A stretch of DNA of 64,000 nt from Desulfatiglandales bacterium (GTDB lineage: Bacteria; Desulfobacterota; DSM-4660; Desulfatiglandales; Desulfatiglandaceae): the NCBI GenBank assembly GCA_963662465.1, contig OY759599.1:4576001-4640000 (forward strand), in the 5' to 3' direction. Position 1 is the stretch's first letter. Each line of letters begins with the position of its first letter. Below the pieces are notes generated by a model, which was given only the letters and a program-made list of their open reading frames with translations, was not told the DNA's origin and did no database searches. Made by a program: the position numbers and the translations under genes. Positions 1 to 8,740 of the stretch are shown piece by piece.

Positions 1-1
1 T

Positions 2-1012
2 TTGGCCAACATGAGCCATGAACTCCGCACCCCACTCAACGGCATTCTGGGATTTTCCCAGCTCCTGGCCCGAAGTAGTGCCCTTTCCTCCCATGACATG
101 GAACATCTTGACATTATCCGCCGAAGCGGCGAACATCTCCTCGCCCTGATCAATCAGGTCCTGGATTTTACCACCATCGAAGCGGGGCGAGAGACCCTGA
201 AGGAAGCTGATTTCAATCTTGACGGACTGCTGAACGAAGTGAAAAGCATGTTTAAAATCCAGGCCGATCGAAAACAACTGAACTTTTTCTTCGAACGGGG
301 TAAAAAGGCCCCCCGGTATATCCGTTGTGATCCGATCAAACTCCGGCAGGTGCTCATCAACCTCCTGAACAACGCCTTTAAGTTTACGGAAAAGGGGCGC
401 ATCACCCTGCGAATGGACATGGAGAAAAACAACGGCAAACTGCTCGGAAACAAAAACGAATTGCCGAGTCTTGTTTTTGAAGTGGAAGACACCGGCAAAG
501 GGATCGCCCCCGGAGAACTCAGCAAAATTTTCGACCCCTTTGAACAGGCGGAAGCCGGTCGCCTGGAAACCGAAGGCACCGGACTGGGACTGGCCATCAG
601 CCGACGGTTTATTGAACTGATGGGCGGCCATATCACAGTGGAAAGCAACCTCGGCCGAGGGTCGTTGTTCAGATTTGACATTTGTATCCATAAAGTCCGA
701 TCCCTCAGAGAGTCGGATATGCATGTGCCTCTGAAAATACATTTGGGGATTCCCTGGATTCATGAAACGGATCACGACCCCATAAGCGAACCTGCGCCCA
801 CCGGCCCGGAGAGCTGGATGGGGCGGTTCAGGACGGTTCCAGCCCCGTTACAGAAGCAGCTTAAAGACGCATTGCTACGTGCCGACATGGAAGCCATTGA
901 TCCGTTGATCGTCCAAGTAGCCGGGCATGACCCTCTTCTCGGAGCGAAGTTTAGGGAATTGGCCCATGAATTCGAATATAAAACCATTCTGTCCCTGATA
1001 AAAGGGGCATAA
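2..1012 (+). CDS. Sensor histidine kinase, 5' end outside window (HisKA + HATPase_c); no receiver domain before the C-terminal tail
   Basis: H-box ANMSHELRTPLN, N-box LINLLNNAFKFT, G-boxes DTGKGI and GTGLGLAIS. Confidence 0.9.
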   Translation: MANMSHELRTPLNGILGFSQLLARSSALSSHDMEHLDIIRRSGEHLLALINQVLDFTTIEAGRETLKEADFNLDGLLNEVKSMFKIQADRKQLNFFFERGKKAPRYIRCDPIKLRQVLINLLNNAFKFTEKGRITLRMDMEKNNGKLLGNKNELPSLVFEVEDTGKGIAPGELSKIFDPFEQAEAGRLETEGTGLGLAISRRFIELMGGHITVESNLGRGSLFRFDICIHKVRSLRESDMHVPLKIHLGIPWIHETDHDPISEPAPTGPESWMGRFRTVPAPLQKQLKDALLRADMEAIDPLIVQVAGHDPLLGAKFRELAHEFEYKTILSLIKGA

Positions 1013-1028
1013 AAGGAGTAATGACATC

Positions 1029-1664
1029 ATGGCCGAAAGTTGTGGCAATATCCTGGTGGTGGACGACACCAAAATGAATCTCAGAATCCTGGCGGAGGCC
1101 CTGGGAGCTGAAGGATACCGGGTTCGACCGGCCCTGAACGGTGAAATTGCCCTTGAAGCGGCACAAAAAGAGGTGCCTGATCTCATCCTCCTGGATATCC
1201 TCATGCCCGGCATGAACGGCTACCAGGTATGCGAAACCCTGAAAGAGGATGCGCGCCTCAAAGACATACCGGTGATTTTCATCAGCGCATTGGATGAAGT
1301 GGGCGACAAAATGAAAGGGTTCAGGGCGGGGGGCGTGGATTATATCAGCAAGCCCTTTCAAACGGAAGAAGTGCTGGCCCGCGTCAGGACGCATCTGACG
1401 CTCAGAAATCTTCAAAAGGATCTTCAGGAGAAAAATATCCATTTACAAAAATTAAACAGTGATCTTCAAAGCGCCCTGGATGAAATCAAAACCCTGCGCG
1501 GCATCATTCCCATATGCTCGCACTGCAAGAAAATACGGGATGATGACGATAGCTGGCAACGGATCGAAAAATATATCGGGGAACATTCCGATGCGGAATT
1601 CAGCCACGGCATCTGCCCTGAGTGCCTGAAGAAGTACTATCCCGAATTCGATTTGGGTAATTGA
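1029..1664 (+). CDS. Response regulator (REC + coiled coil + Cys-rich C-terminal tail)
   Basis: ILVVDD, DLILLDILMP, DYISKP; tail ICSHCKKIRDD...FSHGICPEC. Confidence 0.9.
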   Translation: MAESCGNILVVDDTKMNLRILAEALGAEGYRVRPALNGEIALEAAQKEVPDLILLDILMPGMNGYQVCETLKEDARLKDIPVIFISALDEVGDKMKGFRAGGVDYISKPFQTEEVLARVRTHLTLRNLQKDLQEKNIHLQKLNSDLQSALDEIKTLRGIIPICSHCKKIRDDDDSWQRIEKYIGEHSDAEFSHGICPECLKKYYPEFDLGN

Positions 1665-1685
1665 TTCAAGGAACCCAAAAAAGCC

Positions 1686-4600
1686 ATGTTTCGAAAAAAC
1701 CAAGATGGGTGGACATCCTCCACCAAGGTGGTCATCATTGCCGCCCTCATCTGGACCGGTCTGGTGGTTGTCTCCTGCTACTGGAACTGGACTCAAGTAA
1801 AACAATCCATGATGTCCCTGGCCGAATCCGAAGCCCAATCCAGTTTCAACAAGGACGTGGTCTATCGGAGGTGGGTAGCCCAGCAAGGGGGGGTATATGT
1901 CCACCCCTCTGAAAAAACCCCTCCCAATCCATATCTGGCCCATCTTCCCAACCGGGACCTGGTCACCACGTCAGGCCAAAATCTAACCCTGGTCAATCCG
2001 GCCTACATGACGCGCCAGGTCCATGAGATGGGAAAGGCGCAGTACGGGCTGAGAGGCCACATCACCAGCCTGACCCCCCTGCGTCCGGGAAACGCCCCGG
2101 ATATTTGGGAAAGCAAGGCCCTTCACGCCTTTGAGTCCGGCGCCCCGGAAGTGATTTCAATTGAGACCATTGAAGGGAAACCGTTTCTAAGATTCATGCG
2201 ACCGTTTTATACCGAACGATCCTGTCTGAAATGTCACGGCCACCAGGGCTACCGGGAAGGGGACATTCGGGGCGGCATCAGCCTTGCGGTTCCCCTTGGA
2301 CCCCATTTTGAGGAAATGAAACGGCAAAGGGCCCTGTTATTGACCGCCCATGTAGTGATCGGCCTTCTGGGTCTTTTCGGTCTGTGGATAGCAAACAGGC
2401 TGCTCTCTAGCTCGGAGATCAAAGTTCATGGATCCCACCACAGGCTCCACCAGATCATCGAGTTTCTACCCGACGCCACATTTGTCATCGACCGGGAAGG
2501 CCGGGTGGTGGCTTGGAACCGGGCCATTGAAGACTTGACCGGGGTCAAGGCGGAGGAGATGCTCGGCAAGGGCGATCATGAATACGCCCTCCCCTTCTAT
2601 AACAAACGCCGGCCGGTGATGATCGACCTGGTGATCGCGGACGATCATTCCCTGGATCACATGTACGCCTATGTCAAGCGGGATAAAGAGCGTTACGAAT
2701 CCGAATCCTTTATTCCCCACCTGAAACCCGGCGGCGCTTATCTATACAATACGGCCCGGGCCCTCTACGATGACGAGGGTCGCCTGATGGGCGCCATCGA
2801 GTCCATCAGAGACATCACGGATCAGAAAAAGGCCGAGGCGGCACTGGAAGAATCACGTCGTCAGCTCGCTGAGATCATAGACTTTTTTCCGGACGCCCTT
2901 TTTGTCATTGACAACCGGTCACAGGTGGTGGCATGGAACCGGGCCATGGAAGAATTAACCGACATTCCGGCTGAAACCATCATCGGCAAGGGGGACTACG
3001 AACATGCCCTGCCTTTTTACGGGGAACGAAGACCCATCCTCATTGATCTGGCCCTTTCCTGGGATGAACGTTATTTGGAAAAATATATCTCCGTCAAAAG
3101 GCGGGAAGACGGCGTGCTGATCTCCGAATCCTACCATCCCCATCTCAAAGGCGGCCTCTATCTTTCGGGAACGGCCCGTTTGCTTCGAAACGCTCAGGGG
3201 CAACCCCGGTGGGCCATTGAAAGCCTTCGGGATATCACGGCCATCAAAAAAGCGGAAATCACACTAAAAGCCGCCCGGCAGGCCGCCGAGGAGGCCAACC
3301 GCGCCAAAAGCGAGTTCCTGGCCAACATGAGCCACGAAATCCGAACGCCCTTAAACGGCGTGATCGGCATAACCAGCCTTCTGTTGGATGAAAACCTCAC
3401 GGACCAGCAACATTACTATGCTGAACTCGTGTACAAGAGTGGAGAAGCCCTGCTGACCATCATCAACGAAATCCTGGATTTTTCCAAGATTGAAGCGGGA
3501 AAGGTGGACCTGGAAACCCTTGATTTTGATCTTTACAGCCTCATGGACGATTTCATCTCGACCCTGGCCCCGCGCGCTCACGAAAAAGGTCTGGAACTGC
3601 TGTGCGGCATCGATCCCGAGGTTCCGGCCCTGCTTCGGAGCGACCCCGGACGTCTGCGGCAGATCCTCACCAACCTCGTCGGCAACGCCATCAAATTTAC
3701 CGAAAAGGGCGAGGTAGCGGTTCGGGTAGCCCTTGAATCCCAGGATAACGAATCGGTGACCCCGCGGTTCACCGTTCGGGATACGGGGATCGGCATTCCC
3801 GAAAACAGGATGTCATCGATCTTTGAAAAATTTACCCAGGCCGATGCCTCCACCACCCGCCGGTATGGCGGCACGGGCCTGGGACTTGCCATCACCCGCC
3901 TGCTGGTGGAACGTATGGGAGGCCGGATCGGAGTGGAGAGCAAAAAAGGCCAAGGCGCCACTTTCTGGTTTTGCCTGCCCCTGGCCCTACAACCCGGGAA
4001 AGCGAAAATTCAACTGCCTGGACCGGCTGAGATCCGGGGGCGCCGGATCCTGGTGGTGGATGACAATGCCACCAACCGCGAAATCCTCGTCCTGCGCCTG
4101 GGCGCCTGGGGCATGCGGCCCGTGGAAGCAGACGACGGCCTAGCGGGGCTTCAGGCCCTTGCCGATGGGCTGGCGGAGAAAGACCCCTTTAAAATCGTCC
4201 TGGTGGATATGCATATGCCCGGCATGGACGGGGCCGACTTTTGCCGGGCCGTCAAGGCGGACGCACGGTTCACGGACGTGCCCCTGGTACTCCTGACGTC
4301 CGTGGGGTTCCGGGGAGAAGCACGCCGGGTTCGGGAACTAGGCTTTTCAGGGTATCTCACCAAACCCGTCAGCCATTCGGATCTCTTTGACGTGCTGAAC
4401 CAGGTGATGATCGGCCGGAATGTCACACCCAAACCCCTTGTCACGCGCCATTCAACCCGGGAACTCAAGCGACTGAAAAACGTAACCGGGGCACGCATCC
4501 TTCTGGTGGAGGACAATATCACCAACCGGCAGGTAGCGTTGGGCATCCTTGAAAAACTGGGCCTGCAAACCGACACGGCGGAAAACGGCTTGGAGGCCCT

Positions 4601-5315
4601 AAAAGCCCTCGAGACCATCCCCTACGACCTGGTCCTCATGGACATCCAGATGCCGGAGATGGACGGGCTCACCGCTACCCGGAAAATTCGAAGCACGAAT
4701 ATGGAAATTCGAAACCTGCCCATCATCGCCATGACCGCCCATGCCCTTTCAGGCGACCGGGAAAGGTTCCTCGAAGCCGGGATGAACGATTACCTGGCCA
4801 AACCCATCAGCCCCCAGGGACTGGCCGATGTTCTGAGCCGATGGTTGCCGGAGGTCGGAGGTCAGAGGTCGGAAGACAGAGGTCGGAGGTCAGAGGTCAG
4901 AGGTCAGAGGTCGGAGGACGGAGGTGGGAAGTCGGAAGTCGGAGGGCGGGGGGCGGACGACGGAAATGCGGTATTCGATTCGGAGAGTTTCATGAAACGG
5001 GTGATGGGAGATGAAGCGCTCGGGCGTAAGGTAATGATCGGCTTTCTGGACGACATGCCCCGGCAGATGGCGATGTTAAAAGAATATATCGCGGCAAAGG
5101 ACAGCGTGGCGATTGAGCGTCAGGCCCACACCATCAAGGGCGCCATGGCCAATATGGGGGCGGAGACGGCACGTGGGTCGGCCTTTCAGATTGAAAAGGC
5201 CGGAAGGGCAAAGGACCCGGCATCCGCTGAAAAACATCTGAGTACACTGGAGACCGCTTTTGAAGCCCTAAAAAAAGAACTGGAACGGAAAATCAAGGAC
5301 TTTGATAACCGATAA
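1686..5315 (+). CDS. Membrane hybrid histidine kinase: DUF3365-like heme-c sensor, 2 PAS, HisKA/HATPase, 2 REC, Hpt
   Basis: Two TM helices flank a domain with CLKCH (CxxCH); duplicated PAS (FLPDATFVID/FFPDALFVID); SHEIRTP; two REC; Hpt AHTIKGA. Confidence 0.92.
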   Translation: MFRKNQDGWTSSTKVVIIAALIWTGLVVVSCYWNWTQVKQSMMSLAESEAQSSFNKDVVYRRWVAQQGGVYVHPSEKTPPNPYLAHLPNRDLVTTSGQNLTLVNPAYMTRQVHEMGKAQYGLRGHITSLTPLRPGNAPDIWESKALHAFESGAPEVISIETIEGKPFLRFMRPFYTERSCLKCHGHQGYREGDIRGGISLAVPLGPHFEEMKRQRALLLTAHVVIGLLGLFGLWIANRLLSSSEIKVHGSHHRLHQIIEFLPDATFVIDREGRVVAWNRAIEDLTGVKAEEMLGKGDHEYALPFYNKRRPVMIDLVIADDHSLDHMYAYVKRDKERYESESFIPHLKPGGAYLYNTARALYDDEGRLMGAIESIRDITDQKKAEAALEESRRQLAEIIDFFPDALFVIDNRSQVVAWNRAMEELTDIPAETIIGKGDYEHALPFYGERRPILIDLALSWDERYLEKYISVKRREDGVLISESYHPHLKGGLYLSGTARLLRNAQGQPRWAIESLRDITAIKKAEITLKAARQAAEEANRAKSEFLANMSHEIRTPLNGVIGITSLLLDENLTDQQHYYAELVYKSGEALLTIINEILDFSKIEAGKVDLETLDFDLYSLMDDFISTLAPRAHEKGLELLCGIDPEVPALLRSDPGRLRQILTNLVGNAIKFTEKGEVAVRVALESQDNESVTPRFTVRDTGIGIPENRMSSIFEKFTQADASTTRRYGGTGLGLAITRLLVERMGGRIGVESKKGQGATFWFCLPLALQPGKAKIQLPGPAEIRGRRILVVDDNATNREILVLRLGAWGMRPVEADDGLAGLQALADGLAEKDPFKIVLVDMHMPGMDGADFCRAVKADARFTDVPLVLLTSVGFRGEARRVRELGFSGYLTKPVSHSDLFDVLNQVMIGRNVTPKPLVTRHSTRELKRLKNVTGARILLVEDNITNRQVALGILEKLGLQTDTAENGLEALKALETIPYDLVLMDIQMPEMDGLTATRKIRSTNMEIRNLPIIAMTAHALSGDRERFLEAGMNDYLAKPISPQGLADVLSRWLPEVGGQRSEDRGRRSEVRGQRSEDGGGKSEVGGRGADDGNAVFDSESFMKRVMGDEALGRKVMIGFLDDMPRQMAMLKEYIAAKDSVAIERQAHTIKGAMANMGAETARGSAFQIEKAGRAKDPASAEKHLSTLETAFEALKKELERKIKDFDNR
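4851..4941 (+). repeat. Tandem heptamer array (GAGGTCR, 13 degenerate units) in the REC-Hpt linker
   Basis: gaggtcg gaggtca gaggtcg gaagaca gaggtcg gaggtca gaggtca gaggtca ... Confidence 0.95.
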
Positions 5316-5331
5316 GGGAGAATCAAAACAA

Positions 5332-5934
5332 ATGAAAATTCTCATTGCGGAAGATGACCTGACGTCGAGAACCCTGCTCAGTGGGATATTGGAGAAGTGG
5401 GGATATGAACCCATCGAGGCCACGGACGGGGAGACAGCATGGTGGATCATGCAACAGACGAATGCCCCGCCGCTGGTTATTTTAGACTGGATCATGCCGG
5501 GGATGGAAGGTCTGGAGGTAGTGCGCCGGGTCAGGGAGGTTGAAACGGAACGCCCGCCTTACATTATTCTTTTGACCAGCAAACAGGGAAAGGAGAATAT
5601 CATCACCGGGCTTGAGGTCGGCGCCAACGACTACATGGTCAAACCCTTCGATCCCGACGAACTTCGCGCCCGGGTACAGGTGGGACAGCGCATGGTGGAA
5701 ATCCAGGAACGGCTTCTGGCAAAGATGCAGGAATTGCAAAAGGCAGTGGATCATATCCAGAACCTGGAAAAGATACTCCCCATTTGCTCCTTCTGCAAAA
5801 AGATACGCGACGATGCCGGAAAATGGGAACAGGTGGAAGCCTATGTCTCCAAGAGATCAGGGGCGCTTTTTTCCCACGGCATCTGCCCTGAGTGCATGGC
5901 GAAACATTATCCCGATATAGACATGGATGCTTGA
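5332..5934 (+). CDS. Response regulator with Cys-rich C-terminal tail (paralog of 1029..1664)
   Basis: MKILIAEDD, LDWIMP, DYMVKP; ICSFCKKIRDD...FSHGICPEC; start moved to ATG 5332. Confidence 0.88.
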   Translation: MKILIAEDDLTSRTLLSGILEKWGYEPIEATDGETAWWIMQQTNAPPLVILDWIMPGMEGLEVVRRVREVETERPPYIILLTSKQGKENIITGLEVGANDYMVKPFDPDELRARVQVGQRMVEIQERLLAKMQELQKAVDHIQNLEKILPICSFCKKIRDDAGKWEQVEAYVSKRSGALFSHGICPECMAKHYPDIDMDA

Positions 5935-6023
5935 TCAGATGCTTATGAGTATCTATCGCGGCGCTTGACAAACAGCCGGAATCCAAACAAATTCACCTCC
6001 ATCAAAAAATACTCACGTGTGTT

Positions 6024-7313
6024 TTAACATGGCGCTTCGATACTTTCGGAACATTGATGCCTGGGAAGCCGAAGGCGAAAGCAGGCGCCCTGGTTTTCCT
6101 CTGAATCCACCGTGATGGAACCCTTGTGCTTATCCGTGATGATTTGATAGGCCAGGCTCAACCCCAGGCCGGTACCGCTGCCCACCGGTTTGGTGGTAAA
6201 GAAAGGATCAAAAATCTTATCTCGAATATTTTCGGGAATGCCGGGACCCGTGTCCTGAAATTCCAGGACCAGCCATTCTTCATCCTGCCGCCCACGAATG
6301 GTCAAGTCTCCGCCCGACGCCATGGCTTGGGCCCCATTGACAATGAGGTTCATGAACACCTGATTCAGGTCCGACGGATAACAGTCCAGGGGATCGAGAG
6401 GGTCCAGTTCCAGATGAACCCGTATCCCTCTTTTTCGCAGTTCCGAATCCGCGAGAGAAAGGGTGGAACAAAGGTTTTCCGCCACGTCAACGGTCTTTCG
6501 CTCGGCCTCATCCAGACGGGAAAAGGTCCTCAGATTCTGAACAATCTCTTTGACCCGCACGGCGCCTTCAAGGGACCCTTTGATCAGATCCGGAAAATCC
6601 TCCAGAACGAATTCCAGATCATGCGCCTCCCGCAAAGCGTCGAGGACCTGCCCCCCCTGCTCTCCCACCTTTTCCAGAAAAAGAGATTCCAGGCCCCCGT
6701 AGGCCGTAGAAAGATCGGAAAAAGATTCCTTCAGGCTGTGCAGGTTACTGATCACAAACCCAATGGGGTTGTTCACCTCGTGGGCCACTCCCGCCACCAG
6801 TTGACCCAGGGCCGTCATTTTCTCCGCATGAATCAACATGGCCTGGGTTTCCCGCAGTTCTTTAAGGGTTTGTTCCAGGAGGGTATTCTTCTTGATCAAC
6901 TGACGCTGAAGGTTGTTGATTTCCCGGTTCATGGCCGTCATCCGGGTATTGATCATATCCAGCTCAGCCACGTCATACTCCGCGGCAATCAGAACCTGGT
7001 CCCGGCGTCGATAGACCCTTGCCCGCGTACTTCGAGATTGCTCCAGGCCGTTCCCGGTGGTGAAAAAGCCTTCGAAAACGGGTCGGTCCCGAGCCGGTTC
7101 CGCGACCAGCTTTTCAAAGGACGGGTTCACCAGGGATTGGGCGGGAACTCCCGTTTCGCCGTCAACAGCCAGAAGATCAACCATCCCGTCGTTGGCGTAA
7201 ATGAGCCGTCCCGTCAGGTCAAAAACCCCAAGTGCCAGTGAGGTTGTTTTCCGGAGCAGCTCGGGAAGCAGATCAATCCAAATCCCGGGCAGTGGCGTCA
7301 TGGAAAGAGGCAT
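6024..7313 (-). CDS. Cytoplasmic NtrB-like histidine kinase with degenerate PAS
   Basis: [40 protein letters not shown]. Confidence 0.9.
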   Translation of the reverse strand: MPLSMTPLPGIWIDLLPELLRKTTSLALGVFDLTGRLIYANDGMVDLLAVDGETGVPAQSLVNPSFEKLVAEPARDRPVFEGFFTTGNGLEQSRSTRARVYRRRDQVLIAAEYDVAELDMINTRMTAMNREINNLQRQLIKKNTLLEQTLKELRETQAMLIHAEKMTALGQLVAGVAHEVNNPIGFVISNLHSLKESFSDLSTAYGGLESLFLEKVGEQGGQVLDALREAHDLEFVLEDFPDLIKGSLEGAVRVKEIVQNLRTFSRLDEAERKTVDVAENLCSTLSLADSELRKRGIRVHLELDPLDPLDCYPSDLNQVFMNLIVNGAQAMASGGDLTIRGRQDEEWLVLEFQDTGPGIPENIRDKIFDPFFTTKPVGSGTGLGLSLAYQIITDKHKGSITVDSEENQGACFRLRLPRHQCSESIEAPC

Positions 7314-7324
7314 GTGGTTTTCTC

Positions 7325-7552
7325 GTAACCGTTCACGGTTGCCGGTTCACGGTTTTTCAATAAATTATGGGTTTCCTTCATACAGATTTACACTTTCTTG
7401 ATGAATCGTTTTTTCAATTTTAATGAAGGATGCGGAATTATGTTGGGATTGATAACCGCAATTTTTTAAATCTTCACAAGAGGACCCCATAATCTTCCGT
7501 TATCCTCTGTTTTTCAACCGTAAACCGGCAACCGTAAACCGTGAACGGTTAC
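7325..7552. mobile_element. 228-bp MITE with 16-bp perfect terminal inverted repeats and 8-bp target-site duplication
   Basis: TIR GTAACCGTTCACGGTT (7325-7340) / AACCGTGAACGGTTAC (7537-7552); flanking direct repeat GTTTTCTC at 7317-7324 and 7553-7560. Confidence 0.9.
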
Positions 7553-7566
7553 GTTTTCTCTCGGCA

Positions 7567-8034
7567 TCAGGGGGTGTGGGACACATCCATCTCATCCATC
7601 CGCACGTCTGAAAGAATCGTAAAATCGGGAATATGAACAATAAACCAATGGTAGAGGGGGTACACCGCCGCCGCGGCGGATGGCGTGAGGGTCTTTTTCA
7701 AAACATCCACCCAGGTGTTGAGCTGGGCCGACCAGTAGGTGCTGTGGAACCCCCGGGACCGATAGGCCCGGAATACCCACAGACAGGTTTCCACCAGGGT
7801 CTGCGCATCCGGTTTTTGCAGGATGGCCGCCACAAACCGTGCATGGTTGGCATGGTTGTCCTTCATGACATCCAGGTTGTTTTCCCCCACCAGCGCCATA
7901 ATATCGGAACGTTCCAGCATGAGCTCATTGATCATGCCCACCATCTGCTCCCGCCTCTCCGCATATTCACCCAGCACCTCGGGAGATACCTTCGGGATTT
8001 CTTCCGCCGTTGCCAATAGTTGTTCCTTGTTCAT
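7567..8034 (-). CDS. All-helical protein, probably globin/phycobiliprotein-like fold; partner of the B12-binding protein
   Basis: 155 aa, RBS AAGGAG; pattern DNHANHARFV..IL...W.FRAYRSRGF resembles helical domains that accompany B12 sensors. Confidence 0.6.
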   Translation of the reverse strand: MNKEQLLATAEEIPKVSPEVLGEYAERREQMVGMINELMLERSDIMALVGENNLDVMKDNHANHARFVAAILQKPDAQTLVETCLWVFRAYRSRGFHSTYWSAQLNTWVDVLKKTLTPSAAAAVYPLYHWFIVHIPDFTILSDVRMDEMDVSHTP

Positions 8035-8056
8035 ACCTGATTCCTCCTTGAGAGAT

Positions 8057-8734
8057 TCATTTTGAATCCGGATCCATCCCATCTGTTTTTAAAATGAACT
8101 GTTTCAACTCTCCCAGCGATGAAAGATGAATTACATCAGGATAAGGGTCCACCACATTTCCGCCCCCGTGGCGAAAAGCCTGCCCCCCGATGAGAACGGG
8201 AAGCTTCGGGAAACGCTTCCGCAATGCATTCAACATTTTTTCCAGATCTCCCATGTGAAAGTATACACTCAGGGAGATACCCACCAGGTCCGGTTCCACT
8301 TCATCAATAAACCGCACCAACTCAAAGGTTGGCGTGTTGGCGCCCAGATAAAGGCTGTCCCATCCCTGCATCTCAAATACATCGGCCGCCATCTTCGCGC
8401 CCACCTGGTGCATTTCATTTTCAGCGGATGCCACAATGACCTTTTTCCCCCTGCGGTGGGGCGAAATCACCCGGCTGTAGAGCTGGTTCATGAACCCCTC
8501 GGTAATGGAGGTGGCCATATGTTCCGTGGCTACGGAAATCCGGTTCATTTCCCACAGTTCACCCACCCGGTATAGAGAGCGCTGGAACAGACCTTCGTAA
8601 AGGGGGATAATGGGCCGGTTTTCGCGGTTCTCTTCCGCCAGAATCCGTGCGCATTCCGCCCGATCCCCTTGAATCAGGGCCGAAAGATATCGCTGATAAG
8701 CTTCATCTGAAACAAACTTCTCCCGTGCCGTCAT
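8057..8734 (-). CDS. Stand-alone cobalamin-binding protein (cap + Rossmann), CarH/AerR-like
   Basis: W-x9-EH (WEMNRISVATEH); E-x-H-x-x-G (EMHQVG); YLGANTP; VGISLS; IGG. Confidence 0.9.
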   Translation of the reverse strand: MTAREKFVSDEAYQRYLSALIQGDRAECARILAEENRENRPIIPLYEGLFQRSLYRVGELWEMNRISVATEHMATSITEGFMNQLYSRVISPHRRGKKVIVASAENEMHQVGAKMAADVFEMQGWDSLYLGANTPTFELVRFIDEVEPDLVGISLSVYFHMGDLEKMLNALRKRFPKLPVLIGGQAFRHGGGNVVDPYPDVIHLSSLGELKQFILKTDGMDPDSK

Positions 8735-8740
8735 CTCACC

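Noticed and set aside
4851..4941. Repeat array as CRISPR
   Set aside because: Contiguous 7-mers with no spacers, and no cas genes in the window.
6126..7241. Long antisense ORFs (also 18506..19600, 47632..48453, 51945..52838 and others)
   Set aside because: They are shadows of well-supported genes on the opposite strand and show no motifs.
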